A stretch of DNA of 64,000 bases from Candidatus Saganbacteria bacterium (GCA_016223245.1 JACRPL010000003.1:74078-138077); one strand, 5' to 3'. Numbered from the stretch's first letter, positions 31,563 through 42,030 are shown. Program-made: numbers and translations. The notes: generated from the sequence alone by a model not told the origin.

Positions 31563-32509
31563 GAGACAGGTTAGGAAGCGAACATTTTCCGACGGTTTTT
31601 GAAACTAAGCAATTTTTTGAGAGTTTTCCGAGGTTCTAATCTCTAATTGCTGGTTTTTTCTTTCCCATCACCTCCATTCCCCCAATTTTGGAAACAGTTA
31701 ATCCTTATGCCGCCGTAGCGGCCGGTTCCAAGGGCGGAGGAGCAGCGAATATTTTCTTGAGATTGTATGCCATGTAAGTTAGCAAAGATTGGGCATGTGT
31801 CTTAAGCTCGCCCCAGTAGCGCGATCTTTTCAGGCGATAACTGCGCTTGCCAACGGCAAAAGGCACCTCGACCATACAGCGCATGCTCCGGGCGTAAACA
31901 TAATCATCGTTGCTTTCTTTAAAAGAGACATTGAGGAAAAAACGGAAAAGAATGTAGAGATTGATGAGTTCTTCAAGCTGGTAGTCGGAATTAAGCTGCA
32001 TCGCCTCTTTAAGAAAAAGTATCTTAAACATCAAAACCGGATCGAAAGCACTCTGGCCATTCTTACTATAGCAATTCTTCGCTTCCTCACGGATGAACGA
32101 CCAATCGAAATCGACCAGTTTAACCAGGATATGAGACGCATAATTGTTCTTGACGTTTTTGGCAAATTCTGCCTCGAAGAGATTCCCGCCGAAACCTTTT
32201 AACTCTTTGAACATAAGACACCTCCATAGAAATGATACAACCATTGTAGCAAATGGCTAAAAAGCTAAAATTGAAATAGGCTAGCCGACTGGGGCGGGCT
32301 TTCTTTTTTGGACAAAAATCCTAAAAATATTTTTTTATCGCCACAAAGAACATCTGACGATTGCTTAATGGCTAGATAAAATGAGGGTTGAGCCCGTGGG
32401 GCTTAACAAGGTATAATGCTATTAGTGAAAGGCTCGAAGAAACCGCGACGCTTGTCCCGATTCCCACATCGGGATTTAGTCGCTGGTTTCTGAGTTGCTA
32501 ATCGGTCTC
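31563..32509 (-). mobile_element. Internally deleted IS5/IS1182-like element with both TIRs
   Basis: TIRs GAGACAGGTTAGGAA / TTGCTAATCGGTCTC; ORF 32244-31705 joins a DUF772-like N-terminus (AFDPVLMFKIL…SDYQLE…FRFFL) to a transposase C-terminus (VEVPF…K…RYWG…AYNLKK). Confidence 0.85.
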
Positions 32510-32750
32510 ATCTTTTCTGATTTGCGACCTTTAATTACGCGAATGCGCGATTTTCTTAAGTTGGTATTAAAAGAATTTGCCGCCAACTGCTTGAAAAGCA
32601 GGCAAGCACAACTTATAATTAGTGTAGCTTGCAGCAAAACTTGAAATCGTCCTTTCCGCCTGCCGAGTCCAGAGAATTTCGCTCGGATATTTTCAAACAG
32701 ACACCGTTCAAACATATAACAAATTGTGATATGTTTGATATACTTATCCC

Positions 32751-33890
32751 ATGGAACTCTTCCAAGATCAAGGAAAACCAGAAGACCAGCCTCTTGCATA
32801 CCGCATGGCACCTCGAACAGTTGATGAAATATCAGGCCAAGAAGAAATATTGGGGCAGGGGAAATTATTAAGGCGGTTAATCGAAGCCGACAAGATCACA
32901 TCTATTATTCTTTATGGACCACCCGGAGTCGGAAAAACTGTAATTGCTCGCGTTATTGCCAATACAACCAAAGGCCACTTTGAGTGGCTTAATGCCGCAA
33001 CGGCTTCAGTTGACGATATTCGAACTGCCAGCCTCCAGGCCAAACAGCGAAGAAAATTAAATGGATTAAAGACTATTCTTTTCCTGGATGAAATCCATCG
33101 CTTCAATAAGCTTCAGCAGGATTCATTATTGCCCGATGTTGAAGAGGGCAATCTTATCTTGATCGGCGCAACAACAGAAAATCCTTTCTTTTATGTGAAT
33201 TCGGCGTTGGTTTCGAGGTCGCAAATATTTGAATTGAAACCTTTATCGACCGAAAACCTAAAAATAGTAATTAATTCGGCTATTAAAGACGCAGATCGTG
33301 GATATGGCAAATTAAAAATCGATATAAATAGTGAAGCACTTGAACATTTATCAAAACTGTCGGATGGAGACGCAAGGCGAGCGCTCTCCGCCCTGGAATT
33401 GGCCGTCCTTTCAACGCAAAAAGATAAGAGTGGGACAATAAATATTGATCTGAAGGTGGCCGAAGAATCGATCCAAAAGAAAAAAGTTGTCTACGACAAA
33501 AAAGGCGACCAACATTACGACACTATTTCCGCTTTTATAAAATCTATGCGCGGTTCAGATCCAGACGCAGCGCTATATTATCTTGCGAAAATGATACATG
33601 CCGGTGAAGATCCAAGGTTTATCGCAAGGCGCATTGTTATTTGTGCCGCCGAAGATGTCGGGAATGCTGATCCTTTGGCATTGGTTATTTCAAACGCCGC
33701 TATGCAGGTAGCTGAGTTTGTAGGACTTCCGGAAGCAAGAATTCCATTGGCCCAAGCTACAACCTATGTCTCAACGGCGCCAAAAAGCAACGCGGCTTAT
33801 ATGGGAATAAATGAAGCTTTAAAAAAAGTTGAGAATGAAGTTACTCAAGCCGTTCCCGAGCATCTAAAAAATTATACGAGAAAGAACTAA
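32751..33890 (+). CDS. rarA: Replication-associated recombination protein A, C-terminally short
   Basis: PLAYRMAP, YGPPGVGKT, DEIHRFNK, GATTENP, SAFIKSMRGSDPD; ends just after VPEHL. Confidence 0.92.
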   Translation: MELFQDQGKPEDQPLAYRMAPRTVDEISGQEEILGQGKLLRRLIEADKITSIILYGPPGVGKTVIARVIANTTKGHFEWLNAATASVDDIRTASLQAKQRRKLNGLKTILFLDEIHRFNKLQQDSLLPDVEEGNLILIGATTENPFFYVNSALVSRSQIFELKPLSTENLKIVINSAIKDADRGYGKLKIDINSEALEHLSKLSDGDARRALSALELAVLSTQKDKSGTINIDLKVAEESIQKKKVVYDKKGDQHYDTISAFIKSMRGSDPDAALYYLAKMIHAGEDPRFIARRIVICAAEDVGNADPLALVISNAAMQVAEFVGLPEARIPLAQATTYVSTAPKSNAAYMGINEALKKVENEVTQAVPEHLKNYTRKN

Positions 33891-34861
33891 TTCAACACAA
33901 CCTTCAGGCACTCTTTTCCTTCAGCGATAATTTTAAAACCCTCTTGGATCTTTTCTAGAGGCAAGTGATGGGTTACAAGGCCTTTTATTTTAACCTTGCC
34001 GGTTTTAATTAATTTTAGAGCTTCCTCGAGATTAACAGGTCCGGCGCCATATGATGATGTGACTGTGATCTCGTTGCGCCAAAAATTTTCGGTTGGGATC
34101 TCAATATTCTTATTTGGAATAGCAAAAAAAAGAATGAAGCCCTTTCTGTCAATGCAATTAAAGGCCTGCTCAACCGCGGAATATGCTCCTGTACAAACAA
34201 TTATCCTGTCGGCTTTGATATTAATATTTTGGCGCGCATCGATAACTTGGTCTGCGCCGAATTCTTTTGCCTTGTTCAGCCTATATTCGGAAATATCTGT
34301 TGCGAGAACCTTCGCGCCGGCCAATTTTGCAATCAAAATGTTTAATAATCCGGAGACGCCGCTTCCGAGTACCAATACAGTATGATCTTTCTTGACGCCG
34401 ATCGCTTTTTGGCCGCGGATAGCGCAGGCTAAAGGTTCGATCAATGTCCCTTCGTCGTTTGAGACATTTTTCGGCAATAAGTAAGTGCCTTTTTCGACAT
34501 TTATCTTTGGGACGCGGACAAATTCGCTGTAGCCGCCCGGGTCATAGTTGCCTTTATGAAGCGTTTCACACGCAGTTTGGTTTCCTTCTCTGCAATACTT
34601 GCATTCTTCGCAAGGGACATGATGGCTTACAAATACTCTCTGCCCGACTTTGTATTTTCCGGACTTGGATTCGACAATTTCGCCTGCAATTTCGTGGCCT
34701 AATATCCTTGGGGCTTTTTTGATGCGGTACCATTCCATTAAGTCTGTCCCGCAAATCCCGCTTGCCAGGACTTTCACCAATATTTCGCCGTCGTTTATCG
34801 AAGGTTTTGGCCGCTCTTCGATCCGGATGTCATTATTATTGTGGTAAACAGCTGCACGCAT
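33887..34861 (-). CDS. Zn-dependent alcohol/sugar-alcohol dehydrogenase
   Basis: GICGTD, GHE, CxxCxxC(7)C, EPLAC, GSGVSG. Confidence 0.92.
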   Translation of the reverse strand: MRAAVYHNNNDIRIEERPKPSINDGEILVKVLASGICGTDLMEWYRIKKAPRILGHEIAGEIVESKSGKYKVGQRVFVSHHVPCEECKYCREGNQTACETLHKGNYDPGGYSEFVRVPKINVEKGTYLLPKNVSNDEGTLIEPLACAIRGQKAIGVKKDHTVLVLGSGVSGLLNILIAKLAGAKVLATDISEYRLNKAKEFGADQVIDARQNINIKADRIIVCTGAYSAVEQAFNCIDRKGFILFFAIPNKNIEIPTENFWRNEITVTSSYGAGPVNLEEALKLIKTGKVKIKGLVTHHLPLEKIQEGFKIIAEGKECLKVVLN

Positions 34862-35647
34862 CTATTTGTTTTCGTTGAAAATATCTTGAGCTTCTTTTAC
34901 GCTGGCATTCTTATGGATTATTGCTTGAAGAGCCGCCGCAACAGCCACAGGATGGGGACTTTGCCAAACATTTCGCCCAAGATTTATGCCGACAGACCCT
35001 TTTTGCATTCCGTCGTGTACGAATTTAAAAACGTCATGTTCGGTCGCGCATTTGGGCCCCCCGGCCATTACAACCGGGACTGGACAGCCATTAACAACTT
35101 TGTCGAAATCTTTTTCGCACCAATAGGTTTTTACGACTTTGGCGCCAAGCTCTGCCGCTATCCGACAAGCTAAAGCTAGATAGCGAGCTTCAAGCTTTTC
35201 CATTTCTTTGCCGACCGCGGTAACAGCCATTACCGGGATGTCATATTTTTCGCAAAGATTTACCAATTCGGCCAAATTCAATAAAGTTTCTTTTTCATAG
35301 TTGCTTCCGACAAAGATCGAAACTCCCACAGAGCTTGCATTAAGCCGGAGGATCTCTTCGATGGATGTGGTAAGCCCTTCATTCGCGAGGTCTTTTCCTA
35401 CAATGCTCGTGCCGCCGGACACCCTTAATATTATCGGTTTGCTTATATTCGCATCGATTGAGGAGCGTAAAACGCCTCTGGTTACAAAAAGAGCATCGCA
35501 ATAAGGCAGCAGCGGTTTAATTGTCTCACCCGGTTTTTCAAGGCAATGCGTGGGCCCCTGGAAATATCCATGGTCTATCGGCAAAAAGAAACAATGTCCG
35601 TCGTCTTGAAATAATTTGCTTAACCTGTTTTTCATTCCCCAATTCAT
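34862..35647 (-). CDS. lsrF: LsrF-like class I aldolase/thiolase
   Basis: MNWGMKNRL, DHGYFQGP, RIAAELGA..VKTY, AGGPK, GRN. Confidence 0.85.
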   Translation of the reverse strand: MNWGMKNRLSKLFQDDGHCFFLPIDHGYFQGPTHCLEKPGETIKPLLPYCDALFVTRGVLRSSIDANISKPIILRVSGGTSIVGKDLANEGLTTSIEEILRLNASSVGVSIFVGSNYEKETLLNLAELVNLCEKYDIPVMAVTAVGKEMEKLEARYLALACRIAAELGAKVVKTYWCEKDFDKVVNGCPVPVVMAGGPKCATEHDVFKFVHDGMQKGSVGINLGRNVWQSPHPVAVAAALQAIIHKNASVKEAQDIFNENK

Positions 35648-35685
35648 GATTATTCCTCCTATTATGGGCCAGTTTCAAACTATCT

Positions 35686-36471
35686 TCAAGCTGACAATAG
35701 TTGTTCTATGTAAAACTTAGCCCTTTCAACATACTCCGCTTCTTTTTCCTCGAATAAAAATGGGCGCAGGGAATTTGCCATCTTTTCAAGCTCTTTATCG
35801 GGAATGGCAAAAATGATCTCTTTTAGGAATTCCCTGGGGGAGATATTGACCTTTTTTTCCCTTAAAATATAATCGTCCACCGGGAATTTTTTTGAAAGCA
35901 TCATGATAAGATCATAAACATGGCGGCCCCTTCTGTGGGTGCTTAATGCCAGCATTTTCTCGCAAAAAATATAGCCATCGGTCATAGTGAAAATCGGGAA
36001 CATTTCCCCGAAGTTATTGACGACCACCTCATTGGTCTTCAGTTCCCATGATGGCTGGTGGATCTCGACCTTTACCATCAATTGCCCTCTTGCATCTATT
36101 AATTGATAAGCGCTTTGAAGCTCCCTATTAAAAGTGAATTTCGCGGTTAAAAGGTTGCCGCGATGATCGAAATCGACGCCGCTGTTCAAGTTCTCGCGTT
36201 CAAACTCGCTTTGGACATAATGCGCCATATCCACGAATTCATTTTTTTTGAATTTTTCACCGTTAAAATCGAGGTCTTCCGAGAACCTTTTAAACCCGTG
36301 GACGAAACGCAGGTAAGTCCCACCTAAAAAATAGGATCTTTTCCCCAAAGGATGCCTATATAAATGTTTTAGGATAAGGGTTTGGATGTATTCGCGCAAA
36401 ATCCCCCTTATCTTATTTGTCGGCATCCCTTTATTCTTCGCGTATTCGAGAAGCGCTTCATAAGTTAGCAT
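35686..36471 (-). CDS. AbiEii/AbiGii nucleotidyltransferase toxin
   Basis: FLGGTYL…RFSEDLDF…EKM…RHVYD. Confidence 0.9.
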   Translation of the reverse strand: MLTYEALLEYAKNKGMPTNKIRGILREYIQTLILKHLYRHPLGKRSYFLGGTYLRFVHGFKRFSEDLDFNGEKFKKNEFVDMAHYVQSEFERENLNSGVDFDHRGNLLTAKFTFNRELQSAYQLIDARGQLMVKVEIHQPSWELKTNEVVVNNFGEMFPIFTMTDGYIFCEKMLALSTHRRGRHVYDLIMMLSKKFPVDDYILREKKVNISPREFLKEIIFAIPDKELEKMANSLRPFLFEEKEAEYVERAKFYIEQLLSA

Positions 36472-37057
36472 ATATTTTGTTGATCTCCTCCTTGATCTTC
36501 TTTGGATATAATTTCATGTATATTTGCAGCTTCTTTTTATCCAAAAGTCTTAATGCCTTTATTTCGAAGCGCTTTGAAATTTCCCCATTGGTCCTCAATT
36601 TAAGATACAAATAATCTATCAGCGCCTTTTCCGGTTCAGCGATTTTGATATCAAAACCTTGTTCTTTAATAATCCGATATCCCGTAAAAGCTTTGGGCCG
36701 GACCGTTCGATAAACAAACGATCCAAATCGGCGCGTTGCCTTTGTTGTTACCGAAGTTACACCTATCGCGACTTCGGGGATAATGCTGTAGGTTGATAGC
36801 GCGGTCTCAAGTGAAACATATGACGGCTCGTAGAGGCGATTGGCAATGAACATATCAGGGATATTTTTCCGTTCAGGGTAAGCGATCTCGTAAAAACCGC
36901 GGCGAATAGCTCTTAGCCAGCCTTTTTTCTTCCAAAAATATACCTGGAATTTAAGGGTTCTTGGTGACTCCTTTGGGAAAAGTCTTTTCAAGTCCCTAAA
37001 GCTAAAAACATACAGCTGGTTCTTGGTTAGCTTTTTGTATAGTTCTTCATATTTCAT
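36458..37057 (-). CDS. AbiEi-type antitoxin/transcriptional regulator
   Basis: IRRGFY, PSYVSLETALS, AEPEKALID; overlaps the abiEii start. Confidence 0.88.
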   Translation of the reverse strand: MKYEELYKKLTKNQLYVFSFRDLKRLFPKESPRTLKFQVYFWKKKGWLRAIRRGFYEIAYPERKNIPDMFIANRLYEPSYVSLETALSTYSIIPEVAIGVTSVTTKATRRFGSFVYRTVRPKAFTGYRIIKEQGFDIKIAEPEKALIDYLYLKLRTNGEISKRFEIKALRLLDKKKLQIYMKLYPKKIKEEINKIYANL

Positions 37058-37114
37058 TTGGTTATAATATATTATAACTTACTGAAACATCCATTGTCAA
37101 GCACCGGAAATAAT

Positions 37115-40080
37115 TTAGTGTTCCGGTGCCGTGATGTTAAGCGGCGAATGCAAAAAAGCAGGAAGATGAGGAACTGTTTCATGTCTGCCAGATTCCAGCG
37201 CTGCCGCTGTCTTTCGAGCAAAATCAATGACATCAGTCGGCAACCCCATTTTCTCCGCTACATCAATACCTGAACTGCGCCCTCTTCCTTCCTGCAATTC
37301 AAACGGCTTATCCCCAAAAAACTCAACCGATAATGGCCGATGGGGAAGAGTGTCTTTTGGCATTCGGTCGACATATTCAAATAGCTCGGTATAGTTGGTT
37401 GTCAAAACTACTTTGGCACTGTGCTTGGCTAAATAGCGGGCAATAGCACTTTGCAAGGCCGCCGCCTCCTCTCCCGAAGTTCCCTTCGCAGGCTCATCCA
37501 AAAAGATCAAAGGTTTTTCGGCGCCCGCATCGGAATCAGCCAAGTCGATCACGCGTTTTAGCCGGCGCAGTTCCCCGGTGAAGGAGCTTGCTTCGGCTGT
37601 GTGGCCGGCAGTTTCGATGGCCGCGATGATCCGCCCAAATTTAGGAATTGAAGCAGAACTGCCAGGAACATATCCAAATTGCTGGCGGCAGAGCGCCGCC
37701 ATGGCCAAACCAAGCGCCGCATGCGTTTTTCCCCCGCCGTTTGTGCCGGTAAGAACCATAACCGGAGTCCCATCAAGATCAGTCGACGGCCAAGAAAGTG
37801 GAACGACTTCATCTGCCGCCATACTGCCGGTTAAGATCGGACTCCTGGATCGAGATAGAGACAGGCTGTCGCTTTCTTCCGCTCGCGCCCATCCCTGCTC
37901 GCGAACTGTCTCGGCAAAACCCAGCAGAGCATTTAGCTCCAGATATTTTTTGTAGAGTGAAGTCAAAGCGGGTACTGCCGTCGACATGGTGGACGCCCAT
38001 CTTTTCCAATTTTCTTTAATAAAGCCCATAATTTGGATCCATATACCATTAGCGTACTCTTGAGCCTCCACCGGGCCAAGCGGACTATTTTCCAATATAA
38101 CAGGATCAATTTTTGGCGCCAAAAGCAAGGATAACTTTGAGTTTATCTTATTAACCAATTCTTGTTTTAATTTTTCCAAATCAAGGCTTGAAATTGCTTC
38201 TTCGATCAACGCCGACACAGCCCCTAGTTCATCCAGAGTAATTTGAGCGGATTCAGGCGCGTCGGGATTGTTGAGGCCTGCATCGGAAAGCGCCAGGCTT
38301 AAAGTGGCAGTGAACCCCAGCCGCTGGCGCAGGCGGGAAAAAATATATATTCTCATTGCTTCAAAATTTAGATAAGCCTTTTTTTCTTCTGCTATATCCT
38401 TTGCCATTGAACTGAAGAGCTTATCAAGCGCCTCACTGGTGTGGCGAATTTTATCTTCTTTGTCATCCCAGTGAACCATAAAAGAACCGTCTTGGGCATA
38501 CCAGAGCAGCAGTCCTTCAAAATAAGCGCCGAACGAAACAGCCGCCTTCATCTCGTCAAACTGCTCTTGCGGCAGTCCCACTAAACTTTGAAACCAGCGA
38601 TAGCGGGATTCTCTCTCTGCTGGAGAAAGCGAGCGGGTAAGCTCCAATCCGACCCAGTGGCCGACCACTCTCGGTATCTCTACGACGCGTTTTGAAAATT
38701 CATGGCTTGGTGCTTCGTCTTCTGGGCGATTGCTTGTTCGTGCTTCTTCTAAAGCTATAGGTGAATTTTCCGCAAAAACCAATGCGGCTGGCCCGATCCA
38801 CAGATAAAATAGTCGGTGATCAATATCGTAGACCTCTCGCGGAACCATTGTCAAATCAATATTTCCCTGCTGATCAACAAATTGTTGTTTATTGTTCCAA
38901 ACCCCGATCTGAAGCGCATCGTAGGGTGTAATTTCAAAATTCTCTGCTGTTTCCCCGTGTTTCCAAGTTTTGACAGGGTCAAGCGCAACGCTGCGTCCCT
39001 CCTTCATGGCCAGGTAAATATTATGAGCTTCCGATACAATTTCATCAGGGTATCCTTCTTTAGCCGCCCGGGCAATGGCGCCGCTTTCTGCGGCACCTTT
39101 CTTCAGATGATGTTCGGAATCAACCGTTAAAATTTTAACTTTTGGATCAATAAGCAGTTCTCCGATTTTATTGTAATGCGTGGAGGCTACAACATAGGCT
39201 CCGCGGCTGATACAGCCGGCAATAAAGCCGCTAAGCAGAGCATAGCCGTCTACCCGCGAGGTGCCGCGCCCTGGTTCATCCATTAAAACAACTGCCGGAA
39301 GCCCCTTTTCGCGAACCCTATCAATTTCCGCAAACACTTCGATGTAGCGCAGTATCTCATTTTGAAAAGCGCTGGCAGTCAGAGTATGGCGGGAAACATT
39401 TACATTCATCTCCAGCGCTCCAACCGGTTCCAATGAAGCGGCTCGCGCAAAAATCGGTATGCCGCGGTTAGCCATGATAATTGCGTTGCCAACCGCTTCC
39501 AAAATATGCGTTTTACCGTTGCCGTTGCCGCCCGAAATGACCCAAACCGGGTTTTGCGGCGAAAGATCTATATCAAAGGGACAAATATCTGCCGCCCCGA
39601 ATAATTTTGGGTTAAATCTGTCCTTGTCAGAAGCCGGATCTTGGCGGAGTACCAGAGTAGGATTTCGCAATTCTTTGAACGAAATGCCCGCCGAAGAGAC
39701 AAGCTCCGGCAAAACTGATGGGATACCCAATTTTTTCGCTTGCTCAAACAATCTTTTCCACATTACGAGCGTATCGTATTCCCGCAGGGCAAGGTAGAGG
39801 CCGCGAACAATCTCTTTATGGCCGGAAAGCAACCTGGCAGTTTGTTCACAAATATAAGGTGGACTGGCCTCTTCCTCGTCTTTTCGGATATTGGTTATTG
39901 CCGAGCTAGACAATACCTTGCGCAATTCTGGGATAAAGAGCGCTTCCAAAAATATTTTTACTCTTAGGGCATTTTCCTGTTCAAAGGGAGTATTGCCAGA
40001 AGCCCAAAATTGTCCAAGTTGTTCTACCCCGCGGAGAAAATTGGCGGGCGAATAAAATAGTCCTCGAAGAAAGTCGCCAT
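37115..40080 (-). pseudogene. 5'-truncated large protein with two tandem MutS-type ATPase domains
   Basis: SGGNGNGKT…SAFQNE…MDEPGRGTS…STHY and TGTNGGGKT…SSFTGE…LDEPAKGTS…TTNY…SSGIDVA; the N-terminus is replaced by unrelated fragments. Confidence 0.75.
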
Positions 40081-40085
40081 GTTTC

Positions 40086-40141
40086 GCAATGGCGCAAGCA
40101 TTTCTTGCTGGAGAAGATGTTGAAAAGGCAAAAAAAGAGAT
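40086..40141 (+). repeat. 56-bp exact copy of an internal mtnA segment
   Basis: Identical to 42217-42272. Confidence 0.95.
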
Positions 40142-40145
40142 CGAA

Positions 40146-40597
40146 GCGACAAGGCCTATGGCGGAAGAGAAAAAGAAATTCAAAATCTCAACATCATTGA
40201 TTTTGTTATCCCGAAAAACAATCAGGCTTTCTGGAAGCAATGGAAGGAAAGCAATGATGATTACGTTTATGCCCGCAATATGCGGCCGATTTGCGAGAAA
40301 CCTTTTGCGGTCGGCAAGCGCAGTTATCGCCTCAAACGATGCCGCTACTGGGGATTACTCAAGACTCATGCCCAATCATTGCTGACTTACATGTCTTACA
40401 ATCTCAAAAAGATTTTTGCCCCGCCGCCTTTAGAACCGGCCGCGATTGCGGCCTAAGGGATAACTGCGCCCAAAATCGGGAAAATGGAGGTGATGGGAAA
40501 AGAAAAAACAGAAATTAGAGGTTAGATACTCAAAACTACTCAAAAAATCGATCGTTTTAAAAACCCTTCGGAAAATATTCGCTTCCTACCCGGTCTC
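40146..40597 (+). mobile_element. IS5/IS1182-like right-end remnant
   Basis: DKAYGG…KESNDDYVYARNMR…RYWG…SYNLKKIF* (stop 40456), homologous to 31705-31920; TIR ends GGTCTC at 40597. Confidence 0.85.
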
Positions 40598-40718
40598 AGC
40601 ATAAAACAACAAAACTATCTTATTATAAATACGATTAGAATACAACCCGGCTCGATACCTGCCGAATTAAATTAAACATCTGGAGTGTTCCCGAATGCTC
40701 AAAATAGCTGGCGTAAAA

Positions 40719-40747
40719 GTGAAATTTCTAAAACTTTCTCCCGATAG
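40719..40747 (+). promoter_or_regulatory. sigma28-like promoter motif
   Basis: GTGAAATTT-N12-CCCGATAG. Confidence 0.55.
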
Positions 40748-40784
40748 ATATTTGGTATTACAGTATATAGGAGGAATGATAAAA

Positions 40785-41909
40785 ATGGCCACAGTAGGAA
40801 ATGTTGGAAGAATCACGCCGCTAAGCAGAACAAGAGCCTTGTCAGCTGCGCAAGGTATAGGCCCTGTTGTTGATGAAGCCGCCGGAAAATATCCTTTGGT
40901 TTTTGCAAGGTTTGGGGTTGTAACTCCTTTTGCGGCGGTGGCGCTGGGACGAGAGTTCGAGGTGCATGATAAGCATAATAAAGTAGCCGTTGTTGGGGAA
41001 TATCTGCAGAGTATTTTAGATAGTTGGGATTTTGATACCGCAATAAGGCTTGGCATGGTACAGGATGTATTGCAAGCTACCGGGCTCAAAGTAACCACAA
41101 TGCCTTGGAAAGGATCCCCTGATGTTATTTATGCGCTGCATGGCGGATCGGAACATGCTTTAGCTGAAAGGATCGTGAAACAAACCATTGCCGATGATCC
41201 GGCGCAAATTGTGAATCTGATGCTTCAACCTTATGGGATCAAAGTGAATTGCAATGTGGAGAACTTTACACCGGAGATGTCCAACCGGTTGGCGGAAGCA
41301 TTTCTTGAGGCGCGAAAAATAGGCCTCGTCGCATTTTCCCTTAGGCGAAATATAGAGCATATAAACATAACGGATGGCATCAGATGGAAAGGGCATCCAA
41401 ATATTTATGTTGATGGAAATGGCCGTAATGGGTTTTTAATGATCCCAATTGAAGCGCTTTCAAGCGATGGTTTCGTTGATCAATTTAAGGCAGCATTACG
41501 CGCGATCAAAAATAGAGACCATGCTGTAAGAACAGTGGAAAGACGAACCGAAGCCGCCGCAGGGCGTATATATTCTGAAGCGGAAGTTTCCCAAATGTCG
41601 GATATTGAATATTTGACGGTGAAGTTGGCATGGCAGGAATGTGTTTTTTCTATTGAAAGAGGAATTGAATTGACGCAAGATGAAATTGCAAATTTGATCG
41701 CGGCGCTTGAAGGGATAGTCAGGAAGGTTGATATTAACCATATTAATGTTGTCGGGACCGTTCAGTGGAAATTAATGGATGACGCTAGAATAAAAACATT
41801 TCTTGACCCTTTTAATCGTCTTTTATTGATCTCGATAGAAGAGTTATCGAATGTTAGGCTTGCTGAACACCTTTTAGCTAAATTTGTTCAAGCTTATAGG
41901 CTTATCTAA
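40785..41909 (+). CDS. Hypothetical orphan protein with a possible internal repeat
   Basis: AGGAGG RBS; IEHINITDGIRWK…LMIPIEALS recurs as INHINVVGTVQWK…LLISIEELS. Confidence 0.75.
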   Translation: MATVGNVGRITPLSRTRALSAAQGIGPVVDEAAGKYPLVFARFGVVTPFAAVALGREFEVHDKHNKVAVVGEYLQSILDSWDFDTAIRLGMVQDVLQATGLKVTTMPWKGSPDVIYALHGGSEHALAERIVKQTIADDPAQIVNLMLQPYGIKVNCNVENFTPEMSNRLAEAFLEARKIGLVAFSLRRNIEHINITDGIRWKGHPNIYVDGNGRNGFLMIPIEALSSDGFVDQFKAALRAIKNRDHAVRTVERRTEAAAGRIYSEAEVSQMSDIEYLTVKLAWQECVFSIERGIELTQDEIANLIAALEGIVRKVDINHINVVGTVQWKLMDDARIKTFLDPFNRLLLISIEELSNVRLAEHLLAKFVQAYRLI

Positions 41910-41935
41910 AAGAAAAAGCAACTGGGACTAAAGCT

Positions 41936-41999
41936 GGATTCCTCCCGCCTTGGCGGGACTAGATTCTTCCCCCTCGACAAGCTCGGGGTCAGAATGACA
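41936..41999. repeat. Composite REP-like palindromes
   Basis: TCCCGCCTTGGCGGGA plus GATTCTTC-CCCTCGACAAGCTCGGGG-TCAGAATGAC. Confidence 0.7.
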
Positions 42000-42030
42000 C
42001 ATTGTTATCACTCTGATATAATAAAAATAT

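Noticed and set aside
32641..32670. Fifth sigma28-like motif (TTGAAATCG-N12-GCCGAGT); also GTGAAATTT at 30090 and 58038
   Set aside because: Poor or missing -10 half and no orphan gene downstream.
40081..40240. N-terminus of the 1041-aa ORF as given in the track
   Set aside because: It is the antisense of mtnA and transposase fragments and is open by chance.
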